Positions 58,401 through 60,491 of a stretch of 64,000 nt of DNA are shown here, one piece after another (position 1 is the first letter of the stretch; the number at the start of each line of letters is the position of its first letter). The stretch is from assembly GCA_951813615.1 (NCBI GenBank), contig OX638377.1:5055739-5119738 (forward strand). The letters are read 5' to 3'. This DNA is from an uncultured Latescibacterota bacterium (lineage in GTDB: Bacteria; Latescibacterota; UBA2968; UBA8231). The position numbers and the translations under genes are program-made. Under the pieces are notes generated by a model. It did not search any database and was not told where the DNA came from. It was given only the letters and a program-made list of their open reading frames with translations.

Positions 58401-59352
58401 GGGCAAGGGCGACGGGGATGGCGCGATGGAATCGACGCTGACCGGCCTCTATCCCTACGGGCACTATGCCGTAAACGATCACCTGTCGGCGTGGAGCGTT
58501 TTCGGCTACAGTCGCGGCGAGCTGGCGCTGGTGCCGACAGGCGGGACCGCGCTGGAGGCCGGCATCGGCTTGGCCATGGCCGCAGCAGGTGCCCGGGGCA
58601 CGGTGCTCGACGGGGACCGCAACGGGCTGACGCTGGCGCTAATTTCGGATGGGATGGCGATGCGGACGACCTCGGAGGCGGTTGAGGGCTTGGTGTCGTC
58701 GGAGGCGGACGTGACGCGGCTCCGACTCGGGCTTGAAGGATCGCGACCGCTACGGCTCGAAGGCGGGACAGTGCTGACGCCCGCCATCGAGATCGGCGCG
58801 CGCCACGACGGCGGCGATGCAGAGACCGGCTACGGTGCTGACCTCGGGGCGGCGCTGGCGTGGTCGTACCCCAAACGCGGTCTGAAGGCCAAGGTCCAAG
58901 GTCGCGGGCTGGTTGCCCACCAAGACAGCGACTTCCAGGAGCGGGGCTTCGCCGGCTCGCTCGCTTGGGACCCGACGCCAGCCTCCGAGCTCGGGCCATC
59001 GTTTACGCTCCAAGAGACCGTAGGAGCGGCGGCGACGGGCGGGATGCGGGCTCTGATGCAACGAGATTCCCCAGCGGGTCTGACGACGAACGAGGTTCGC
59101 GGCGGCGGGCGGGTCGAAGCTGAGATCGGCTATGGCCTGCCAGTGTGGCGCGGGCGATTCGCCGGCATTCCCTCCTTCCGGTTCGGCTCTGCCGACGGCG
59201 GCCGGACTGCTCGGCTCGGTTACCGGCTGAGTCCAATCAGTGCCGAGGGCTGGCAACTCAAACTGGACATCGAGACCATGCGCCGAAAAAGCGCCAACGC
59301 CAACCGGCCGACCGACCACTTTGTCGGAATGCGCGCTGGGATGCGCTGGTGA
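37477..59352 (+). CDS. giant secreted multidomain adhesin-like protein (7291 aa): Calx-beta, cadherin-like, SwmB-like and FN3 modules with a C-terminal autotransporter-type beta-barrel
   Basis: The ORF is uninterrupted over 21.9 kb. The ATG at 37477 gives MSKAKPF...LTAAAPAQA|QTE (the ORF track starts at 37447). It contains dozens of beta-sandwich modules. The last ~470 aa are nearly identical to the end of the 2911-aa protein and finish ...GMRAGMRW. Confidence 0.9.
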   Translation: MSKAKPFYVYDLLSFCSVSARSVSTLFLAFAALLTAAAPAQAQTEVPSNWPLIPSGLSAGDQFRLLVVVEEARDATATDIAEYDSFVQTEISQNGHASIRDHSSIFKVLGSTATVDARDHTNTTYTASDTGVPIYWLNGSKIADDYDDFYDDDWDGNSKANPRYEDGSAVNPANSFRIWTGSFNDGTTFTNQGGQPLGGNGDGTGKTRTARPTGGTGTLNNGQRDVATEVLPVFALSGVFEVGTSSAATVSNIQITSTNGGDGEYVAGDELEFTVTFSEAVTVTGSPQLNFVTNDTGGSSPETRQATYDSGASTGTELVFNYTITSGDFDEDGIELPRDPIDLNGGTIVSQASSDNADLAFAGRSDQAAHKIHIKPKLVLSSVSVVSDPASAANGYVTGETIRIAVTWDKMVRAVTNPVGTSSDPNYLPGGASQVTIKFDSDDGLAAYSEASDDYTLHFDYVVQPDDWDDGGLVTNSYLVRNGGAITRKEVTDGVARFVRAAETGLALPQQIAHKVNVNRPKFSSLAVTSSPATGDTYQTGETIKAELTFDQTVTVDETGGTPRVTIELQSEGVGAPVEHYFDYASGSGTATLVFEYVVQAGDSDDNGITIPAKALKLNGGTIRSANGTDLHLEGGVPDGGTDYSGHKVDGGTVVAVTVSFDAATYTASEEGADATVTVNLSADPERDVVIPIVAEGANGGSANDFTLTSQTVTIASGATSGTFKVRATDDLIDDDGETVALSFGGLPTGVTAGAQATASVSITDEDTRGVIYSSQSVRVPEGLITTADVFTMKLATQPSNDVRVTFAEDPDQQLDITPSLNFTPSNWGTPQPVSVVWAANASPDENIVITLTPEFQGSDYRDLVTPATVTLTIFDRSRPRLESATVDGTSLVLTYNQDLDDTSVPAQGDFEVTVDGADVSVSSVSIGSSVSIDGAKVTLTLATAAVMGDEVEVSYTVPTTNPIQDEDENKAGALTDRAVTNNSPDTTAPSFSSATINGDMLVLTYDEDLDTGSTPASGAFEVTVDGADVSVSSVSIGSSVSIDGAKVTLTLATAAVMGDAVVVSYTVPANNPIQDEAENMAAAFSNESVTNNTGEDSDATLSALTLTETDGTAISLNQTFASGTTSYTAMVAVGIEQVTIVGTPTSSAASVAYTPSTDADPNEDDHQVDLSFGENTLKIVVTAADATEETYTVTVEREKPVVEIMGIQVAEGDASASLGVSLTPAVNEEVVVNYETRDYPDTGSPDHAYAGYDYTAVSGSLTFAANETAKTIEVEILEDDLYEGGGEVDGETFWVYLALPAGAKNANVGVPGAVLIRDNDDPPTVSIADASAAEGDPVSFTVSLSEVSGLDVTASYTTSVKSDDTAISDTDFTAVTGGTVTVAAGSTTATADVVTVEDTHYEADETFTVTLSAPPAGTHLNATLSSDPVVTGTITNDDVLEQVTGVTPTVGNAKLTINWTAVVGAGGYKVQWKSGTEDYSDSATPSRQATISSGTTTSYELTGLTNDVEYTIRVAATHSAADDGAWSSEVSATPRTPNSPAGGEPTISGEALVGEELTADASGITDANGTTTATYAYQWIRVDSDGVSNATDIANATGSTYTLIADDENKKIKVKVNFTDDAEYEEERTSAAYPATSTVGPARSDDATLSALTLAETDGTAISLNQTFSPGTTSYTAEVADDVAQVTIAATANHSAASVAYTPSTDADTEEDGHQVDLSFGQNTLTVVVTAQDESTETYTVTVTRKKSDDATLSALTLAETDGTAISLNQTFSSNRTSYTAEVEADVPRITIAATANHSAASVAYTPSTDDDTEVDGHQVDLSFGQNTLTVVVTAQDENTETYTVRVMRKPVTVGLATTGHQTTEDNTSLEFTVTLSPAVDEAVTVDYQTVSNPPEDYPDAPVAGEDYVAASGSLTFAANETSKIIEVRILEDLADEEDENFWLQLLEPADATNVDIPTNKVWATILIFDDDDPPTLGIADASGDEGNPVSFTVSLSAASGKEVSFRYKTSVESGDDATSGTDFTAESGQDVTIERGNASVTLDIATIEDTDFEADETFTVTLSEHSSVTEMNATLESDPTATGTIVDDEELAQVTGVTATAGNGKLTVEWTAVANAQGYRLQWKSENDTDYSNSATDNREATISSGTTVSYDLTGLTNGVEYTVHIAATHNLAGDGAWSTEASGTPFVPDTSMPTLTLATVSGNMLALTYDKDLDEDSVPAASDFTVTVAGSSVAVNDVSVSGKAVTLTLATAAEHGNTVSLSYTIPANNPIQDTSGNDAAALSAQTVTNNTPDTTAPALSSADVHGASLVLTYDEDLDGNSTPGASDFTVTVAGSSVTVSNVSVSGKTVTLTLAAAVEHGNTVSLSYTIPATNPIQDAAGNDAAALSGQAVTNDTPDTTAPVLDTATVNGTSLVLTYDEDLDEDSVPAASDFTVTVAGSSVAVSGVEISGKAVTLTLAARAPYGDTVSLSYTVPASNPIQDVDGNNVMGLSGQTVTNITTTTAVALSVDPASVDEDAGATTVTVTGTLDGAPRTVDTEVTVAVGASGDAATSGTDYAAVADLTLTIATGATSGTATFSLTPTDDDVDEADETLSVTGATTGLTVTGTTVTITDDEARGVTVSATTLSVPEGSTATYTVVLTSEPTADVTVTPSVASGSTDVTFSPESLTFTSDNWGTAQEVTVSAAHDSDIDDDEETIEHAVSGGDYGANSVTASDVAVTVTDDDTAPAIIAGGVEVASYSLATYNTYGVDEIIAVSVTFDRDVNVTTAGGTPYVKVEFKNEDVNAVATEKHFSYASGSGTPTLLFEYEVQAADRDDDGIRIESNALVLNGGVIQDTDSRDALLTHAAAGRQQAHRVDGSEVVGPAELTGFNLRLAGLNSSVSFSPSFDPEITAYTASVDYGVTHITVRATAEEGGDVTYAAEVVEGFQSGRLVVALSAGSNEIRITAKRRGIPNRVYTLTVTRGRPTVTIAASESSTTYRLEDVSFTVTHDQVAFSDEMDVDVAFEQDQTFLPASDLSRTVTIPADESSVTLTLGIGAFTGGATANGTFTAAIAQSDGYAIGTAGSASVDFVVADPALTVRFDNVAYEFFEDDGDVTLDIVAETAPDVVLSDAFSVTVQTRGRDDSAVIITDYIFTGGGVTFEAADFAASDGALAATKSIELQLVDDSVTEGEKSFWIELSANNFPPAATLLQGDGTACSGTCRSKVTIVDDESPGQVTGVELDPGAGALTVDWTAVVSATGYKVQWKSGTETFADAATDNREVTVTPGSTTSYTITGLTDGTDYTVRVIATRTDSPDGPASAEVTGTPGLPTLTIADATATEGNAVEFTVTLSPAADMAVSVEYATSDGTATSDATHEDGADYTAAPDDEALVILAGETSATISIETGDDTVDEDDETFTVTLSSPTSNAVLGTVVAATGTIEDNDTDPAEVTGVAFENAPANGEYALGDEIEVSVTFDTAVEVTGEPRVRLEMPGTEAASYADYDADESTDTVLAFFYTVTADDDDADGISVVANSLELNNGTIFNKETTVVAALAHDAVQGGNIRTRSVESIAITSDPEVRSPAPEGIYGPGEVVEFTVTFAAAVTVDNNDGNPKLVFAASDGARQEAAYVSGTGTTELVFEWTVLADVPGEEGAIDIPANTTGGGTLLTDGGLVLNGGTIEDAQDRGVNIRHGEYATESEVDTTPPVLASGAEGATVDGTTLVLTFERASGVADHLDGSSVPAPEKFIIIAAGSAQQASAVEVDGATVTLTLGSEVGHAQDVKMQYQGSDENPIRDLWGNDTPPFRDRAVRNDSPEPELSITDVTVAEDAGEATFTVTLNVESGEEVTVEYATSDDTAKADSDYEEATGTLTIAAGETSGTFDVTVNNDVVSESDEAFTVTLSGAVGATIATATATGTITDDEEVPTLTISDATATEGSAVEFTVTLSPAADQAVTVAYATTDGTATSDAAHEDGADYTAAASDAELTIDAGETSATISIATGNDAVDEDDETFTVTLSDPSSNAVLGTDQAATGTIVDNDTDPAEVTGVAFENAPSSGEYVLGDVIEVSVTFDTDVEVTGAPRVRLSMSGTAASTSYAHYDGNESTDTVLAFRHTVTADDDDANAISVAANGLELNGGTINNKGTSVAAVLDHDAVQGGDIRTRWVESIAITSEPEVGELVPEGIYGPGEEVSFTVTFSAAVTVDDSGGDPVLIVAASDGTRQEAAYASGSGTTALVFEWTVPSDVSGEEGAIEIPANTTGGGTLLTNGGLVLNGATIEDASSRAVNIRHGAYSTGSEVDTTPPVVASGAGGATVDGTKLMLAFERASGVADHLDESSVPAATDFVVTVAGSAQTVSGVAVDDATVTLTLQSPVGHAQTVTVNYSPGTDPIRDMWGNNAVAFSDRAVRNDSPEPELSIGDVTVAEDAGEATFTVTLDVVSGEEVTVDYATSDDTAETDSDYDEASGTLTIAAGATSNTFDVTVNDDSVGEGDETFTVTLASAVNATIATATATATITDDETPTLTIADASATEGNAMVFTVTLSPAADEAVTVAYATSDGTATADATHEDGADYTAPASDAQLTIAAGQTSGTISIATGNDAVFEGDETFTVTLSDPSSNAVLGTDKAATGTIENNDAASTDAALKSLVLKVGGSDVDLTPVFTATTYSYEADAANIAATVEVVAESNHAKATIAISGDDDTTSPGEAALPLAFGENTLTVTVTAEDGNATQTYTVKVTRGLPVLSWKHGLLVLIENVGEVTLTATLTPASIDEVTVDYATQAAGATPGEDFIETSGTLTFAAGETEKTVKVTILDDNLYEPGGASDVNVILTDPTGTAVLGSGLGNKSILRLTDNDDPPTVTMENVTVDEDAGTMEFTLSLSHGVETDDLEYEVASSGVGGTATSGSDYESFISGSSATLAVPSRATSATFSVSILDDDIDEDDETITLQWRQLSLTQYVAEASQSIDVTGTITDDDTRGVTVSATTLTVPEGGTSTYTVVLTSEPTDDVTVTPSLATGSSSDVTFSPTSLTFGTTDWDTAQTVTVAAGHDDDAVADAATIEHAATGGDYASAPTGEVSVSVTDDDQASTAGALAVEGTSVDEDAGATTITVTGTLNGGTIATATDVTVSVGASGDAAMEGTDYTTVADFTLTIDAGETSGTATFTLTPTDDDIDEADETLSVTGTVTGLTVTGTTLTIADDDERGVTVTPTALDVTEGSNATYTVVLTSEPTDDVTVTPSRASGSTDVTFSPASLTFTSEDWDTAKTVTVAAAEDADAEDDEATISHAVSGGDYGANSVTASSVAVTVDDDETASTAVALSVSPASVAEDAGATTVTVTGTLNGAPRTSATAVTVAVGASSDAATEGTDYATVTDLTLTIDVGETSGTATFTLTPTDDDIDEADETLSVTGTTTGLSVTSTTATITDDDTRGVTVSATTLSVPEGSTATYTVVLTSEPTATVTVTPSRASGSTDVTFSPSSLSFTTDDWKTAQTVTVAAADDDDADNDTATLAHAVSGGDYGTNSVTASDVEVTVSDDETASTTVALSVNPASVAEDAGATTVTVTGTLDGTARTTDTSVTVEVGASSDAAMEGTDYTTVADFTLTIDAGETTGTATFTLTPTDDDLDEADEILSVTGTHMTIDIDTDPANLEELTVTGTSATITDDDTRGVTVTPTALDVTEGSNATYTVVLTSEPTATVTVTPSRASGSSDVTFSPASLSFTADDWNTAKTVTVEAADDDDADNDTATLSHAVSGGDYGTNSVTASSVEVKVDDDETASTAVALSVSPASVAEDAGATTVTVTGTLNGAPRTSATAVTVAVGAPGDAATEGTDYTTVTDLTLTIDAGETSSTATFSLTPTDDDIDEADETLSVKGTTTVTSLSVTATTATIADDDERGVTVTPTALDVTEGSNATYTVVLTSEPTATVTVTPSRASGSSDVTFTPASVTFTSEDWDAAKTVTVAAADDDDAEDDTATLSHAVSGGDYGSETADDVAVTVTDDETASTKVTLSASATSVDEDAGSTSVTVTAELDEAARTSATEVTVVVGASGDGATEGTDYATVNDFTLTIAAGQTSGTASFTLTPTDDDVDEEDETLTVDGTVQDLTVTATTLTIEDDDTRGIAVSPTNLTVAEGRSKSYTVVLSSQPTGAVTVTPSVSGDSDVTVAPSKLTFTEDNWDQPQTVTVSAAQDADAEDASATIVHAVSGGDYGSETAADVSVTVTDDETASTKVTLSVSATSVDEDAGSTTVTVTAELDESARTSATEVTVSVGAAGDGATEGTDYATVSDVTLTIAAGQTSGTASFTLTPTDDDVDEQAETLTVDGTVQSLTVTGTSLTIEDDDTRGIEVSSTDVTVAEGAGSSTYTVVLESQPTADVTVTPSVSGDSDVTVAPSTLTFTEDNWDQPQTVTVSAAQDADADDSSATIAHVVSGGDYGSETADDVAVTVTDDDIAVSAATPSTSSTATSVGSIYLCGATVGTTTGVAYDSSVDVCWDTGSSIPTGSDVVIEERSKDYWNSPNSFSSWQEIARGNTFTPCSEGDDSCVQYAHTGLRRAGTFTQELRIRQGSNVLKTSPQLKAAAPNSNGKGLQAQLSTAMDEDTWAFIEKPTGPFVVGLVFSEPDLGATYAEEAVQGLGTDDFRMTNGTVTAIEGWNSGGYKVRVTPTTLGEPVTIKLKAKTVQGVGEGITAAGTNTFTRSNTGSNKVVQETAAAAGKVTVTPGLSVADAEVNEGADATLSFQVTLSRAASGSVTADWATADGTATAGQDYTAARGTLTFATGETSQTVTVTVLDDTHDEGTETLTLTLSNPSGARITDGTATGTIINSDPMPQAWLARFGRTVADQVLTSVNNRARTARTARVPGFEARIAGQRLEGLLASDEEEEPEAARHQKVDGPSRKRDERGTWLREVTARDFVTGSSFALTGETQESGLGSLWGQGTLARFDGRKGDLSLDGEILSSLLGADWTRGRGIAGVLLSHAQGKGDGDGAMESTLTGLYPYGHYAVNDHLSAWSVFGYSRGELALVPTGGTALEAGIGLAMAAAGARGTVLDGDRNGLTLALISDGMAMRTTSEAVEGLVSSEADVTRLRLGLEGSRPLRLEGGTVLTPAIEIGARHDGGDAETGYGADLGAALAWSYPKRGLKAKVQGRGLVAHQDSDFQERGFAGSLAWDPTPASELGPSFTLQETVGAAATGGMRALMQRDSPAGLTTNEVRGGGRVEAEIGYGLPVWRGRFAGIPSFRFGSADGGRTARLGYRLSPISAEGWQLKLDIETMRRKSANANRPTDHFVGMRAGMRW
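40201..40700 (+). repeat. two 330-bp SwmB-like modules with a ~122-bp near-identical core, each containing an 18-bp internal tandem duplication
   Basis: 40207-40328 and 40537-40658 differ at about 1 nt. AGTAGCGTCTCGATCGGC / AGTAGCGTCTCGATCGAC lie at 40243-40278 and again one period later. Confidence 0.85.
42409..43032 (+). repeat. two tandem 312-bp cadherin-like modules, near-identical
   Basis: AGCGACGACGCCACGCTCAGCGCCCTCACCCTTGCAGAGACGGACGGCACGGCCATATCGCTGAACCAGACGTTCTCC occurs at 42409 and 42721. Confidence 0.85.
47422..51360 (+). repeat. tandem ~1.79-kb (598/597-aa) supermodule, 2 full copies plus a partial third
   Basis: Copy starts CCGACGCTGAC(G/A)ATT are at 47422, 49216 and 51007, giving periods of 1794 and 1791 nt. 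Each copy begins PTLTI(A/S)DA(T/S)ATEG..V(E/V)FTVTLSPAAD. Confidence 0.85.
52372..56810 (+). repeat. tandem array of ~670-715-bp two-module units (Calx-beta plus an LTFT..NW..QTVTV module), about 6.5 copies
   Basis: Unit starts GACGACGAC(ACC/GAG)CG.GG are at about 52372, 53047, 53725, 54440, 55135, 55808 and 56478. Long stretches are identical between non-adjacent units. Confidence 0.8.
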
Positions 59353-59366
59353 GGCGTTGATCGGCG
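55450..59366 (+). repeat. segmental paralogy with 27700-31565
   Basis: See the partner entry. It contains an extra 9-bp unit, ACGGCGCGG x2, at 58031-58048, versus x1 at 30229-30237. Confidence 0.8.
57940..59349 (+). other. autotransporter-type linker helix plus beta-barrel translocator domain
   Basis: The sequence features are the same as at 30148-31548. The two nucleotide sequences are almost identical by eye. Confidence 0.7.
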
Positions 59367-59478
59367 GCGCATGGAGTACCGCCCTGCCGGTGCCGCTGTA
59401 ACGGATTGGGCACGGACGTGTTAGAGTGACTACTATCCGCAGGACTTCACGATCTACTTTGTACCGGAGCAGACCACG

Positions 59479-59934
59479 GTGAATGCGGGCGTGGCCTTGC
59501 TCCCGGATACGGTGACCGACGACGGCGGGACGATCAATGTCCGCATCAGTAATGCCCGGCTGACGACGGATAACTGGGAACGGACGCTGACAATCACCAC
59601 GGCGGAGGCGACGGGGATGATCCACAACAGCGGTGGCAAGCCGGTCGCTCTGCCGGACCGACCCCAGTTGGCGCAGAACGCACCCAATCCATTCAACAGT
59701 CAGACGACGCTAGCCTATTTCTTGCCCGCGGCAGGGCCAGTGCGCTTAGAAGTGTTCTCGTTGAGCGGACAACGGGTGGCGGTTCTGCGCCACGGGCTGA
59801 AACAGGCCGGCTATCACCAACTGCGCTGGCAGGGCCGCGACGACGACGGTCGTCGGGTCGCGAGCGGCATATACCTATACAGGCTGATGACGACCGAAGA
59901 GGTCTTGACGGGCAAGCTCATCCTGCTGCGGTAG
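59479..59934 (+). pseudogene. 3' relic of a T9SS-CTD protein gene, paralogous to the end of 34918..36984
   Basis: It encodes half a Calx-beta module plus a complete CTD (LAQNAPNPFNSQTTLAYFL...KLILLR). Upstream in the same frame, decayed Calx-beta sequence (EYRPAGAAVTDWARTC*SDYYPQDF) contains a TAG at 59422-59424. There is no signal peptide or start context. Confidence 0.65.
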
Positions 59935-59996
59935 CTTGACAGCGCGCTTCGAAGCAATACCCCCACGCCACGCACGACGGTAGCGAGTTTACCTTT
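59646..59996 (+). repeat. duplicated T9SS-CTD coding end plus 3' flank (partner 36695-37055)
   Basis: See the partner entry. Confidence 0.85.
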
Positions 59997-60054
59997 GCGT
60001 TGCGCTTTGATGAGGAAATCTCGATCAGCTATTTGACTCGTCCATCTCACCATC

Positions 60055-60333
60055 ACCCACTTGGGTCAAGAGTACTACGACTAGCTTACCAGAGCGTGTA
60101 CCCGCCATCGACGACCAAGTCGTGGCCGGTCGCGTAGGAAGAGGCGTCCGAAGCGAGGAAGACGACGGCACCCTGATAGTCGGCAGGAACGCCTAGACGG
60201 CCCATCGGCGTGTTGGCGAGCCAGGCGTTTTTCATGTCGTCTTCGGCGTGCGCGGTCATGGGGGTAAGCGTGTGACCGGGGCTGATGGAATTGACGCGGA
60301 CGCCTTGCGCGGCCCACTCTGCAGCGCACACTC
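60055..60333 (+). repeat. direct repeat, copy 1 (ino1 3' relic plus SDR 3' fragment)
   Basis: It is collinear and near-identical to 62679-62957. It begins with an ino1-end relic encoding ITHLGQEYYD*. Confidence 0.85.
60086..60333 (-). pseudogene. duplicated 3' fragment of the SDR gene at 62709..63476
   Basis: The last ~82 codons (CAAEWAAQGVRVNSISPGH...DLVVDGGYTLW) are nearly identical to the intact copy. Homology stops abruptly at about 60333. The N-terminal two-thirds of the enzyme are missing. Confidence 0.85.
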
Positions 60334-60491
60334 CCAAGCTCAAAATCAACAGGTGCTTGACACAGGGAGTGGTCGTACTCATATATGTAAACTCATACAT
60401 CGCAACCATATGCTACTAGGCGAAAGCACGACTCCTGTTAGAAGGCCGAGTAACCCGAACTCACGTTATTCAAAGGAGAGGCGGCGGCGTT

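Noticed and set aside
37513-59625. There are many long antisense or off-frame ORFs inside the giant gene. Examples are 44122..46200 (692 aa), 40399..41736 (445 aa), 46816..48105 (429 aa) and 37513..38595 (360 aa). The same occurs inside 22816..31551.
   Set aside because: They are Arg/Gly/His/Val-rich low-complexity translations with no recognisable motifs. They mirror the repeat structure of the sense frame. Stop-poor shadow frames of this kind are expected in high-GC, GAC/ACG/GTG-biased repetitive coding sequence. The sense frame explains the whole region with coherent domains.
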